Shown here piece by piece: positions 25,658 through 39,952 of a stretch of DNA of 64,000 bases; the stretch's first letter is position 1, and every line of letters starts with the position of its first letter. The stretch is taken from the NCBI GenBank assembly GCA_951406725.2, contig OX597828.1:75392001-75456000 (forward strand). Direction: 5' to 3'. The stretch comes from Octopus vulgaris (taxonomy: Eukaryota). Below the pieces are notes generated by a model. The model was not told the DNA's origin. It ran no database searches and saw nothing but the letters and a program-made list of their open reading frames with translations. A program made the translations under genes and the position numbers.

Positions 25658-27141
25658 ATAAATAAAAACTAACAATAGTAAAAAGGGTAAAAAGTCAAAT
25701 ATATATATATAAAAAAACAAACAAGTTAGCTTTGATCGTAAACAAAAGCATATAAAAAAGGAAAATATAAAATGAAATGAAATATTCCCATTTGAATGAA
25801 CAAGAAACAATTAAAATTACAAAATACATACAAGATTACAGATCAATAATTATACAGTAAATGTAGTACTTAGTATTGCATATTGCTTGTACTAGATTGA
25901 AAAACAATATGTGGTATTTGATATATATTGTTTGATTGATCACCCAAATCTATCAATGAATATTTTATTGAACTTAGGCAAGTGTGAATAAAATATAAAT
26001 GTATATAGATATAGTGACTTATAACTTTCACATTTCCTCATGAGAATATTATGATATTTGAGAAAACAGACGTAAGTGTACATATACGTGTTTATGCAGA
26101 AGGCATACACATACATATATGTCCGCACACATTTCGATCATTCAGTAATAAGTAAAGCGACCGAAAGCGATGTCGAACAGCAGTTGAATACAACGAGAGG
26201 GAAAAAAAATGCTGAAACTAAAAGAGATCACTACAGGTGGAACTTTGACATTTCAAGACAAGAATAGGTTGTATATTCGTCGGTTCCAGCTGTGCTTCTA
26301 TTGTTGGCGCAGTTTTTTAAAACGGAGGTAAGCCTCTTGAGAAAGAGTGCTTTTGCAGAGAGACCGCAACATTGTCTGTGTCACATTATATGCAAAACTT
26401 TCTACAAAGAAATGTATACACAAATAACGTAAATATATGAGATATACATACACATACACACACGCACGCATACACACATAGCTTTGTGCATATATGTATG
26501 TGCTTCTACACACACACACACACCGAAATGCTACAACTTTTTGACGAAAGAGGAAGAGATGACTCAATATGGAGGGTGGAAGTGAGGGAGATATTGTTTA
26601 TTGGAAATGAATTATTTTCCTAGCGACACGAATTTCATGACACGGCGATCTTCAGGTGACATGGATCGTGGTTGTGTGAAACTCCAGTCCCAAGGGGAAA
26701 TTTTACACACACATACTTTCTCTCTCTCGCACACACACATACTTTCTCTCTCTCGCACACACACATACGACAGAAACATACAAATATATTTTGTGTGCGT
26801 GTGTGTGTGTGTGTGTGTAAATGAATGTTCTGCATCAAAGAGACATACGTAGTAATCCTTCCAAACAATCATGCAGCCACATTTTCAGAATCAATGTTGC
26901 AAGCGTTACAACCATCTATAGTTGTCGTGTGTATTGTTGGAATTAGAGCAGCGGAGTACAAAAATACGTTGAGCTTACATCTCTTCAGTTACATCCCCTC
27001 ACATCTGGGTCTACATTAGCAGTTTTGACATCGATAAATAAATAACCATATAACTTAATAGGGCTGATATTATCGATGAATAAGAGAGTCTTTCGAACCC
27101 TTCCATTATAGCCGCCGTCCAAAAACACTAAGCAGTAAAAG

Positions 27142-27225
<84 letters not shown>

Positions 27226-27371
27226 AAAGTGAGGTGATAACATACTCAGTATACTTCTTAACCTTCTGTTTTAAACTCAGGGTTGTAGAGTCACTTTCGG
27301 TATCTTAGGAAACTGTTGAAACTACGTATTTACAATTTTCATTTGAATTACTTTTATTATCATTACTGAGA

Positions 27372-27490
27372 TCAACTTTGCTTCCATCTTTCAGGGGGGG
27401 GGGTCATTAAATTTAATACCAGTTAAATTCCGGGGTCGATTTAATCAACTAACCTCCCCACTTCAAAATTGCTGTCATTGTGCCTAAATT
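27372..27490 (+). mobile_element. SINE family B 3' half, degenerate
   Basis: tcaactttgcttccatctttcagggg...taccagttaaattccggggtcgatttaatcaact...attgctgtcattgtgcc. Confidence 0.65.
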
Positions 27491-27914
27491 AGGAACAAAA
27501 ACCCATATAACAACAACAACAACAACAAAAATAGTAATTGCCTATATAAATAATAATGATAATAATAATAATCGTCTCTACAAAAATGATCAAAATGCAT
27601 CTATTTTCGATATTTGAACATATTGCATTTTTTTGCAATTCATTTAGATATATAAAGTAAGATTTACATGTTACACTCATACATAGGAAGACACACACAC
27701 ACACAAACACACACAAAATAACACACACACACACACTTATATGCCTCACCATACGTACCCCACCCGTCCCTTTTCGGACACGAAAAATAACAATCAAAGC
27801 GAAAGAAAATACAATAGGAGTTACTTATATATTACACTGTTACATAGCAACACGGTTACATTCAGATATCAGTCGCTGTCATAATCAATACAGCAAATAT
27901 ATTGAAATAAAGGC

Positions 27915-27968
<54 letters not shown>

Positions 27969-28124
27969 TATATATAGAACACACGTTTGTATTCGGTATG
28001 TGGCTTTGCAGTATAGAACTTGGCTTCGCAACCGCCGTCTGAAGTTTAGTGCTTCGTTTTCTAAACGGAAACTATATGGAAGACCGTTGTACGCATATAC
28101 GTACACGCACACATACACACACAC

Positions 28125-28218
<94 letters not shown>

Positions 28219-28243
28219 TTATATATATAAAAGTATATATATT

Positions 28244-28290
<47 letters not shown>

Positions 28291-29639
28291 ATATTTGCCT
28301 CTACGATTGATTTTACATTTGACAACAGTTGGAGAAACAGTCTTTGTGCTGCGATATACAGATACATTAACATGAGTAAAAAGTGTTGGCTTGCGGATTA
28401 TTGACCGGAAATTCTACAAGGTGGTGCTCCAGCAAGGGCCAGAGTCTAATGACTATGAAAAATAAAAGAATATATAAAGAGTAAAGAGAGTCGTTTGTAG
28501 TTCTAAGCAGACCGGACGCCTTTCGTCACATTTCTAATAATGGTCGACTCAGAAGCTGAACAATGAAAGGGAATCGAGCAAATTTCTTTTGAATATTGGT
28601 GACTACGATGATTGTGGTGGGAAATGTATTTGAATGCTGAGCACAATGGGTCAGGCTGTGCTACAGCATGGTCGTAACAATGATGGCTCAGAGAGGAACT
28701 ACAATTTGGTGGTGGTGATGGGGGGGGGAGAAAATAACATCTCCAGAGATAAAGATCTTATTAGATATTACAGATATTTACAAGTGTGATACATTGATAT
28801 CGTTATCATATGTGCAGAGAAAAACATTCTCACACAGAGCAGCTCCATGAGGACATCATATCTATGAAAATACTGTTGTCTGAATAAATAATTAGTAATA
28901 TGAAACGCAGTGAAGTCACATAACTATGGCAATATTTCCTTGATATACGTGTGTCAGATGATAGTGTAAAATATATTGAAAAGCCTAACATATACGTAGA
29001 GAACTGCATTCTCTCTCCTCTCTCTCTCTCTCTCTCTCATTCACTCAGAGGCACACATACACGTTGGTAGGTGCAGTAATTAGTTGCGTAAAAATAAAAT
29101 GAGAGACTGCTCAAATGTGTACAGAAAACGAGACAAAATACTTTTATTCGTTAAATGTCAGTTAATGCTGTATCAAATACTATATGCATGTATGTATGTA
29201 TGTACGTACGTACGTTCGTACATACATGCATATTGTATGCACGTACGTACGTTCATACTTGAGTATTATGTATCTATGTGCGTATGTATGTGTGTCATTG
29301 TTCAATTTTATTTCAGGATTTCTTTCTAATAGACAAAGATCCGGTGTGTGTGTGTATGTATGTGTGTATGTGTGTATGTGTGTGTGTGTGTGTTCATTTG
29401 CAGAGTTAAGATGTCTGCAAGTCAAAAAGTACTCGATACGTTCGAACGCACATTGCTTATTTAATATTACACCAATATATGTGTCTCGGTGTGGGAGTCT
29501 CTGCTTGTATATACATATAAAAATACATTTGCACATAGAAATGTGCGCGCGCACACACACACGCATCCACCCCACAGAAACCCTCACGGGTAGAATGCAT
29601 TTGTCAGTTCGCCACTGTAATTCCAGTTCTTATTCCTTA

Positions 29640-30790
29640 CAGTTGGTCATGTCCTTGGATGTATCGTAGACTCACAGACTGCTTCAGTCCTCATGTTGCT
29701 ACAATGTAAAGGGAGGCAAGTCATTGAAGTCTATTTCATTCAAATACAATTATTCAAAAAAAGCTAAGTAAAACGGAATTTTAAGGGCTGGGAGCTGCGG
29801 GTGACTAAATTCTAAATTTTTCTGGAAACTATCTTCTTTGGTGGCAGTAATTGGATGATAATTTTGATTTTTGATTAAGAGAAACAACAGATTGCAGCGA
29901 CATCTGTAATTTTTCTGTTAGGCTTAGTTTCTAGGTCTGTGACTCATTAATATATGTACGGTTCTATCATTAATATTGGATGTTATTAGAGAGAATGGTG
30001 AGCGCTGGTTACCTGGTTTTTAAACGAAATATGAGAGAGAGATAGGGATTATTCTGTTTCGTGATAGAAATGAGTTAATCCATCAAAGAAAACAGCCCTT
30101 GGAAGTGATTGTAGATAAACCACTGTAACTGCCCTCCATGCCATCCGGTGTATTAGGATCACTCGGTGTACCTCGTATATATCCTGAAGCGGATCCTCAT
30201 GAGGATCGTTTGAGAAAGTAAACCGATACATTTCAACAGTTTCAAGTTAGCTAATATTTTTGTGACCTAATAAAGGTGTGTGTGTTTGAGGCTGTAGTTG
30301 TTAATCTGGGATAACGTGAAGTTGCGCGAATTGAAAAACTTTTGGTATTTGTATTTGCGTATGGGAACTGAACTAGGAAATCCTTGGCTATATCCGTTGT
30401 GACGTCTAGACAGTGAGTTGGATTAAACAAGTTACTTTCCTCTTCCTATGTCTACTGTGTTGTATGGTGGGTGGCTTCTAATCTATATGAATTAGTTTCT
30501 CACTGAAGCCGCTTCTAGCTAGAGCATCATTATTATAGAAATCTCTTCTAGAAGATAACTCGATCCGGCGTTAGATAAGAGGTATTCTTATCTTTTTTGC
30601 TGCCAAGATTTTTAATTATGACTGTTGAGAAGTCGGAAGTTTTATGGTTGTATCATTTTCAATCATATTTATGTAGTGGTATTATTTATCTTCAAATCTA
30701 ATGTTTTGTGTCAGAAGATGGCTAACATTAAGTTAGTACAAATGGTTATATTTAAGCAAGTTTCTTTAATATTTCTATTAAATTCTAGAT
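29640..30790 (-). mobile_element. Decayed Penelope-like element (RT thumb, linker and GIY-YIG endonuclease remnants)
   Basis: Minus-strand peptides KETCLNITICTNL...TLDLK, NDALARSGFSEKL, RHRKRKVT(W)FNPTH, VTTDIAKDFL, TVVYLQS and LSLTEKL...LNQKSKL...CH follow the PLE order (RKR.I.WFNPP; CLTEK...LN.RSEL..C.H). Confidence 0.7.
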
Positions 30791-30799
30791 CTGAATGAC

Positions 30800-31295
30800 C
30801 CCCACTCACCACACAGTAAACAACGAAAAAGAAGACTATAATTTGGTTTAATCCGCCCTACAACCTCAAAATTGATTACAAACATGCAAGTTACACTGTT
30901 CGTACACATCAGACTATCTACAAAAATTGATCATACAACTACCATAAAGGTCAATTGCTTTGTACTGTAGTTTTGAACATAAAACAAAGTTAAATGGGAA
31001 AAGAATAAAGTTTATATTGTAGACTACCCTGAAGAAATAGACGATCAATGATGGCACTAATACTCTTAGCACAATAAATGCACAAATAAACACACAGATT
31101 ACGGAACTAATATATATTTTCTCAGCCTACACATGATGTATACAACAACCGTAATGCTTTTATTAAATACATTAATTCTGCGACAGCAACACATGCCAAC
31201 ACCACCTCATTCTGAAGACGAAACTACTAAGATCTAGAAACATTGACGTGGAGTGGGTCTAGTGTCTTTATAAAACTGATGAAAATGAGAATTAC
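30800..31295 (+). mobile_element. Second decayed Penelope-like fragment, divergent from the first, ending in a hammerhead-like motif
   Basis: IIWFNPPYNLK encoded at ~30838-30870; ctgaaga...gaaac...gtg at 31212-31250. Confidence 0.65.
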
Positions 31296-31468
31296 TTTCA
31301 TGATTCAGTAGAACAATACGTACACATACAATTAATATCCACAGACTGATCACATATACACGCGCGCATATATACACTCATATTTACACAAAGTAGAAAG
31401 AGAACTGACTCGACACAAAGTACGATATCATTAATCTCTTCTATGATATCATCAATTCTAAACGTGTG

Positions 31469-31511
<43 letters not shown>

Positions 31512-31573
31512 ATATGTATATATATCTGTATGTGTTTGTGTATATATGTATCTATATATGTGCGTATGTATAT

Positions 31574-31606
<33 letters not shown>

Positions 31607-31797
31607 AGTATGGAAAACAATTAAATTTTGGAAAAATTAAAAGAAAAGTATATTTTAAAAGAATATTTGCATAGTATTCAAATACAAGGGCTATTTTCCT
31701 TGTTTCTGCTTGTCTCTGTCTCTCTTGTTTACTCTTGTGGGTTAGTTAGTAGCTGGTAGTTACTAGCACCCTCTATCACTTTATTGGTAACTGTTTA

Positions 31798-31837
<40 letters not shown>

Positions 31838-31838
<1 letters not shown>

Positions 31839-32216
31839 TAGCAGTATCGCCCGGCGTTGCTCGGGTTTGTAAGGGAAATAACTATATAAGCATTTTTAGA
31901 GATGTAAAGTATAATAGCCATCTCAATATGGCTAACCACAAAGGGGTGGTGTTACTGTAGCTTTTTACGTTCCGAGATTTAATAATACATTTTTAAAGAG
32001 TTACTTCCCTTATATATGCCAAAAATGCATTAAAAATGGGAAAAATTGATGGTAATTTTTTGTTTAAATCGTAGACTCATCGTAGACGCGCGCTAATACC
32101 CAGAAGTGTTCGATATGAATCACGAATATAAGATACCCGGTTTTGGTTAAACTGCACCGCAAAATGTGGAGTAGTTAGGAATCTAAATCGTAGGAGACAG
32201 ACAGCACACAACCTCA

Positions 32217-32225
<9 letters not shown>
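31838..32225 (-). mobile_element. Non-autonomous Helitron
   Basis: On the minus strand the 3' end is a GC hairpin (cccgagcaacgccggg, 31850-31865) followed after 8 nt by CTAG|T (31838-31841). The 5' end merges into (TA)n; there is no TSD. Confidence 0.8.
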
Positions 32226-32251
<26 letters not shown>

Positions 32252-32252
<1 letters not shown>

Positions 32253-32589
32253 TTTTACTCTTTACTCTTTTACTTGTTTCATCATTTGACTGCGGCATGC
32301 TGGAGCACCGCCTTTAGTCGATCAAAACGACCCCGGTGGTCTCTTTTTGCCGAACCGCTGTGTCAGTTGTCAAGTGCTGTGGACAAACACAGACACACAA
32401 ACACACACACACACATATATATATAACATATATACGACAGGCTTCTTTCAGTTTCCGTCTACCAAATCCACTCACAAGGCATTGGTCGTGCCCGAGGCTA
32501 TAGCAGAAGACACTTGCCCAAGATGCCACGCAGTGGGACTGAACCCGCAACCATGTGGTTGGTTAGCAAGCTACTTACCACACAGCCAC
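32252..32589 (-). mobile_element. SINE family A with internal deletions
   Basis: ttttacttgtttcatcatttgactgcggcatgctggagcaccgcc...gggactgaacccgcaaccatgtgg...cacagccac. Confidence 0.9.
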
Positions 32590-32623
<34 letters not shown>

Positions 32624-32904
32624 ATGAGACAGATATTCTCCGTATAGAACACACTTGGTAGTACTCAAGAGATTTAAACTTGAGCAGGTAGAGGAGTAAA
32701 TGTAAGGACGAGCAAGTTACAAAAATATTAAATACATTTAATATGAAAAAATGTACAAATGTTTACGTATAAAAAGTTCTGAGTTACACAAAATAGAAAT
32801 GATATCAGGAATTAAAAGGTTTGAATAAGAGTTTTATTGAATAAAAACTGTTCAAACTCTTATTCAACCCCTGTAATTGCTGAAACCGTTTCTATTCTGT
32901 GTAA

Positions 32905-33125
32905 ATCTAGTCTACATTATTTACATCGGACGGAAATTTGTCCTCATCTTGTTTGTTGTTACCACCACGTTTTGGCTGATTTACTCTCCAGCCTTCATCA
33001 GATATCCTGGGGAAATTTTGAACCCAATCCTGGGCTCTCAATCTTAAATTATGTGTTTACTGATGTTATTATTAACCCCAAGATTCCGAGTTCAATTGCA
33101 GACAGTACCTTGAATAATAATAATG

Positions 33126-33180
<55 letters not shown>

Positions 33181-33235
33181 TAATAATAATGATAATAATG
33201 TTAATAATAATAATAATAATAATAATGATAATAAT

Positions 33236-33293
<58 letters not shown>

Positions 33294-33480
33294 TCAGCAA
33301 AAAAAAAGCCTTAGAAACGAGAACCCAGAGTTGGGTTCAAAATTTTACCAGAACACCCGATGAAGGCTGGAGAGTAAATCAGCCGAAACATTGTGGTAAC
33401 AACAAACAAGATGAGAACACATATCCGGCCAATGTAAATAACGTACAGAATTCCTCATCTCTAAAATATAGAACAGTAAA
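32905..33480. mobile_element. Inverted pair of Penelope-like pseudo-LTR segments around an (AAT)n tract
   Basis: ~32910-33040 is the diverged reverse complement of ~33318-33448. Each arm carries a C(T/C)GATGA-A-GGCTG...CAGCC-(G/A)AAAC hammerhead-like core. Confidence 0.7.
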
Positions 33481-33513
33481 TCTAGTCTGTTTTAAATTTT
33501 ATTGCCGAGATTA

Positions 33514-33571
<58 letters not shown>

Positions 33572-34770
33572 AGATGAATATTTTTATGCCTCTACAGATA
33601 TGATACATCCCGTATGTCTTGTCATTATATCGATGTATAGTATGTAACTTTGTACATGAGTGTATTTACTGTAATGAAAGTAATTACTGATATGCAGTAT
33701 GACGTACGTAGAAGATTTTCGTTTTAAATCGTAATCCATACAAATTGCTGAATTTTTTATCTACTATGATTCAAGTTATAACTAGCCTAGTATCTTGCTA
33801 ACCCTTGCTGTCTATAAAAAGACAAGCAGGTTCGTGTTTACTATGCGGCATTTATGAGATCAAATAACAGAGAAAAATATCAGCGTCTGCACAAACATAA
33901 TATTAGATTTTCTCTGAAACAAGTGATTTGATTCAGTTTTATAATCTTTTGAAATTTTCTCCCATTTTCACCGTGAGTTTTTATCAAATACCACTAAGTT
34001 TTGGTTTCTTTCTATAAGTTTTAAATGACAATACATCAATAATTTCTCTTGAAATGATACGTTAATCTGTACATCAAATATACTTGATGTATGTTAATTC
34101 ACGCCATTGGCTTATTTTAGTTATTTCCCTTGGCTCAATTTTCTTTCAAGTGTATTCGAATGTAAGCTTATACAAATGTATATTTAAATTTACACAAAAA
34201 TTTCGGTTCCTGTTCGCGTTTATCTGTGTAGTGAAGTAGAACTAGCAGGAGTTAGATTGTTGAAGAATTTACACTAAACACACACACACACGCGCGCGCC
34301 CATACACACACACAGAGTTTCTTTTGTGTTATTGTTACGAAAGCGATGTGTGTTTACATATTTACGTGTGTTGGTGTGCGTATGTGTGTTAGCGCTAACT
34401 TCTACATTTGATGTTTCAAAGGAATCTACGCAAAGATACCGCCGTAATACCGTCCCCGTGGGATAACGCAGAAGCAAACACATAATGGATATTAGATTCT
34501 AGCTTGATTTAATTTTTATTATCGAGATTATCTGATAAAAATATATACGTACTTACCACAAACACACACACACACACACACAAATATATATATACATAAA
34601 TACACACGTAAATGTACACACACGCATACACACACATACTCACACACATTTCATTTATTTTTCGAATTTTTCACCAATGGAGAAAGAACCGGCTTGTAGC
34701 CTAGAAACAAGGCACTATCATAGGAATTTCGTGTATATAAACAGGGTTTGTTTTACACACACACACACAA

Positions 34771-34853
<83 letters not shown>

Positions 34854-34940
34854 TATATATGTATATATATATATATGTACGTATGTCTATATATATATAT
34901 ATATATAAAATAAATATATATATGTATATGTTTATATATA

Positions 34941-35010
<70 letters not shown>

Positions 35011-35382
35011 TAAATACATATATATAAATATATGTAAATAAATATATATATAAATAAATATATATATAACTATATAAATGTATGAATAAATATATAATAT
35101 ATATATATATATGTATATAGATGCATTGATACTTGTGCACATGGATGCATATAAGCTTGCAGACATGCATGTCATCGCGTATGCACGTGTGTATTTAGAC
35201 AAATGCATGTAAACACAAACATGCTTGCATGTCTGTCTGTATGTTTATACGCCAATTACATTCTAAGCCTCTTGGATATTCTGCATGCCTTGGCTGCCTT
35301 TGATGTCCTGTGGCTATAATGGATGTGTGTGTGTGTATACATTTTATTCATTATATAAGTACACATGTTAATAAGTATGCAC

Positions 35383-35442
<60 letters not shown>

Positions 35443-35450
35443 ACATACAA

Positions 35451-35482
<32 letters not shown>

Positions 35483-35483
<1 letters not shown>

Positions 35484-35812
35484 GGCTCGAGTGTGGCTCT
35501 GTCGTAAGAAGTTTGCTTCCCAACCACATGTTTTTGGGTTCTGTCCCACGTCGTGACATCTTAGACAAGTGTCTTCTACTATAGCCTCGAGTCGACTAAA
35601 ACCTTGTGAGTGGATTTGGTAGACGGAAACTGAAAGAAGCCCGTGGTATATATATATCAATGTGTGTGTCTTTGTTTCTCCCCTCATCACCATTTGACAA
35701 GAGAGACCGATAGCTTAAGTATTAGGCTTTAAAAAATCGTTCAATTAAAATCGTTCAAGGCGTTGTCCCAGCATGGCCAGACATGTCTGAAACAAGTATA
35801 AGCATAAAAGAA
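35483..35812 (+). mobile_element. SINE family A, diverged
   Basis: gtgtggctctgtcgtaagaagtttgcttcccaaccacatg...caagtgtcttctactatagcctcg...ggatttggtagacggaaactgaaagaagcccgt. Confidence 0.87.
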
Positions 35813-35847
35813 AGAATACATGTATGTGTGTGTATGTATAAGTAGGT

Positions 35848-35905
<58 letters not shown>

Positions 35906-38782
35906 GGTATCCGAATACCAAGCTACGAGTCAAGAGTTCTAATTTCCTCACATGGTTTTTCTACTACATTTCTTCACAAGACGTTCCTGTCTTCTGGCGT
36001 TCAAAGTTGATCTCAGTTTCATTTAAATCCAGATTCTAACGTTCTGGATGCATTCCTGCAATCTGTTGTTCTACTGTCTTATCACGATAACTTTTATGAA
36101 CCAAGGAGGGGAACGGTATGCAGTTGTTTGACCAGCTAGAATGTGTGAGGAGCGAGTCTCCTTTAAATGTCTTCTTACGATGTCAGAAGTTGAATGCTTG
36201 ATACACACTGCCTGACAAAAGAAGTGAGATCATTATGAATAAACGCCGTTGGTAATAGATTTACGCGTCCAGTGCTGAGTTGGGGCTAAACAACAACAGT
36301 TCCTGAAACAACAGCAGCAACAACAAAAACAACTACAGCTCCGTAATATTATTTTTATAAACATTATATCTGTTTACTTTCTATTGTTCTCAATGAAGTG
36401 ACTTTATTGTGATCACTTCCGGATTAATGACGGTTCATGATCCGATCTTATAGAAATAATAGCGAAATTTCCATTTTACATCAGTAGGATAATAGAGGAC
36501 GTGATCAACAACAAATAAAATGATTTTGCAGCCAACATTTGGACTGGACGTTCCCGAGGGTGTGAAGATGGCGGTGGAAGGGGTATTGACTATTCTTTAT
36601 TGAATCGAGTCCATCAGTTTTCATCTGCCTCTGTAATGTGTCATCACTCACTGGTTTCACCTACTGATCTTATCATATGTCTGCCACTTATCCCCACTCT
36701 TTGGTTGTACGCAACAAAACCAGAAAGGCCCCCCACCCCACCCATCTCTGTTTTATGTCGTCACTCTTTAGTCGTTAAACCTGTCAAATCATGTTTGTTC
36801 AAAGAAGATCACTGTCTACACTGTGGAAGCGTTACGATACACATCATCTTCAAATAGGCTTTGTTGTTGTCCCTTAAACACCAAGTAAGCCTTAGTTATG
36901 CAGGTCTCTGATCAAAAGCAATCCAGTCATGACTGCCTCGATTTAGACATCGTTTGTCTCTAATATCGGCGAAGTAATCTTTGGCATCTTTTTATTTCCA
37001 GGTTGGATGATTCTGATTTAAGACAAAGGTGGCAGGGATTCGTAACCGAGCGAAAGTCTCCTTTGCTGGCTCATTTGTCAACAAATGTTTTTAGTAAAGC
37101 AAGCCACCTCTACTTTTCTCACTATCCGCTTTTTATGTAATAAAACGAGGCTATCGAACGAAGAGTGGAATGGTTTATGTAATAAAACAGTCTTCGTCTC
37201 GTTTTCTAACCTCGTTATGCAGACATTAAAAAAGTTCCCAGGTGGTCAAGATTTAATTGTTTACAACATCAATGAGGCAAATATGAACTTTGATCGGAAC
37301 GTCATTACTGACATGTAGTCATGTCTTCACACCAACTCACCCAAATACATTGACACAAAGCTACATACATTATGACGTAAAGAAATACATTTACTCGTGG
37401 TTATTAAGCGATTTACAAGCTTTAGTGTAACAACAATGTAATTCTCTTTAAAATCTCATTAACTGCAACTAATGTTTTCTAAACGTTAAAAAATATCAAA
37501 AACACACAAGTAAAAACACTAATAATTGAAAGAAAAATTAATAAAACATTGAAAAAAAATTGAAATAAGGTAAATATTCATTTAGTATTTTAAAAGCAAA
37601 GTGTGAACGAACGGCTTTTAAGATTTATTCGAGACTAAAACATCTGCAAATATTATTAGAAAATAAATAAAAATCAAACTCCCTATGCATCCCATAACAA
37701 AAGTTAAAACATAACATATAAATATGTAAAGAAATAAAATAAAATATAAAATTTAAGAAATAGAATAAATGTGAAACTCTCCTCTTACTATACAATTCTA
37801 CAGTTTATTTCCTCACTATAACCTCCCCTACAAAAAAAAAAAGTAGAAAAAAAAACAAAGACAAAACGAAAAAGTAATGAAAAATCTTTGGTGAATTTGT
37901 GACGTTGCCTGAAATATTCACCGTATTTTCAGTGGCACCATGAGACACCTACCAAGCATCAAATTCACTATTTCAATAAAATTGGCATGAACTTGAATAT
38001 TTTAGCGATTTGCATGAAAATCTTGGGTAATTATAACTTAAATACCCACGGGGAATAAAATATCAAATTTTAATTTGCTTTCAAAAACAATAATCATACG
38101 TAAATCATCAGCAATTTAATTATTAATCTTTTCTTTTTAAAACTTTTACTGCCTTTAGTTTTTTCTATTTTTGTTTGTTTTTCATTTCATTCAAGTTCCT
38201 TTTTTCTTTTTTCATTTTCACAAATTTTACATTTTCCGCCTCATTTTCAAATTTGAACTAAGTTCTCTTCCCCTATCAGGCTTCCTCTGCTTTTCTAAGT
38301 CTCTCTCTCTCTCTGTCTCTCCCTCTCTGTCCATGTCCCTCTCTCTACATCATTCCTAAAACTTCTCTTTCCTCGTCTTTCTTTTCTTCTATTTTCTTTC
38401 AAAAACAAACAAATGCTCAAACGATTTCTCCGCTTGGCACATGTTGAAGCTAATTGTATCTCAGACTTTTGCACATTTCGTGATTTCTGAACGCAACAGG
38501 AGTATTGAGAACAAAATGTAAAACAAAAAGCAAACCAAAACAAAAACATGACACAAATAAATGCAATTACAAAGAAGCAAACAAAAGCAAAAACAAATAA
38601 CAATACTTCCTTCTTTGCACAAACTTTCAGCTCCTGCCATGACTACCACCACATCGCTGATGTTGTACATTTCAATCACCGTCACTACTAACACTGTAAC
38701 CATAAATTCCACAATTACCACCAAAACTACTATCACCACTACTACTATTACAAGAAATAACGCATCGTCTTTACTAAAACTA

Positions 38783-39004
38783 GCGAGCTGGCAGAATCAT
38801 TAGCACACCGGAAAAATTGCTTAGCGACATTTCGTCCGTCATGTCGTCCTAAGTTCAAATTCCGCCGAGGTCGACTTTGCCTTTCATCCTTTCGGGTTCG
38901 GCAAAACAAGTGTCAGTTGAACACTGGGACCGATGTCATCCCTTCCCCGAAAATTGCTGCCCTTATGGCAAAATTTAAACTATTGTTGTTGTTGTTGTTG
39001 TTAC

Positions 39005-39046
<42 letters not shown>

Positions 39047-39608
39047 GGCGGCCATTTAGCCGAATGGTTAGCACTTCGGCAAAATGCTTAGCTTCATTTC
39101 GTTTATCTTGACGTTCGGAGTTCAAATTCCGCTGAGGCTGACTTTACCTTTCACCCTTTCGGGGTCGATAAATTAAGTACCAGTGAAGCACTGGAGTTGA
39201 TATAATCGATTAGTCCCCACCTCACAAATTTGAGGCCTTCTGTCTCCAGTCGAAATGATTATCATTATTATTATTATTATTATTCAGGCGGCGATATTTC
39301 AGACCTTGTGCCTATCGTAGATAGTAGTATCATCATCATCATCATCATCATTAATCCTCCTCCTCCTCCTCATCATCATCATCAATACAGGCGTTGAGGT
39401 GGTAGAATCGTTAGCACACTAAACGAAATGCTTAGCGGTATTTCATCCATCGCTACGCTCTGAGTTGAAATTGCCCGGGGGTCGATCTTGCCTTTCATCC
39501 TTTTGAGGTCGATGAAATAGGTACCAGTTACGCACTAGGGTAGATGTAATCGACTTAATCTCTTCCCCGCCCAAATTTCAGGCCTTGTGCCTACAGTAGA
39601 ACTTATTA

Positions 39609-39662
<54 letters not shown>

Positions 39663-39850
39663 GGGCGGCGAGATGGCAGAATCGTTAGTGCGCCAGGCAA
39701 AATGTTTAGCAGCATTTCATCCGTCTTCACGTTCTGAGTTCATGTTCCGCCGAGGTCTTTCATTCTTTCGGGGTCGATAAATTAAGTACCACTGAAATAC
39801 TGGGGTCGATGTAATCGATCAGTACCTCTACCCACCCCAGCAGAAAGGAT
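38783..39850 (+). mobile_element. Head-to-tail cluster of five family B SINEs separated by (TTG/TTA/ATC)n tails
   Basis: Copies at ~38783-38980, 39047-39258, 39287-39325 (head-tail fusion), 39390-39602 and 39664-39850, all on the plus strand. Confidence 0.9.
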
Positions 39851-39916
39851 TCAAAAGAACAAAATCATATTTAATTGCTATCTATTACTCCGACAGTAAT
39901 GCCGATAAAAATTGAC

Positions 39917-39952
<36 letters not shown>

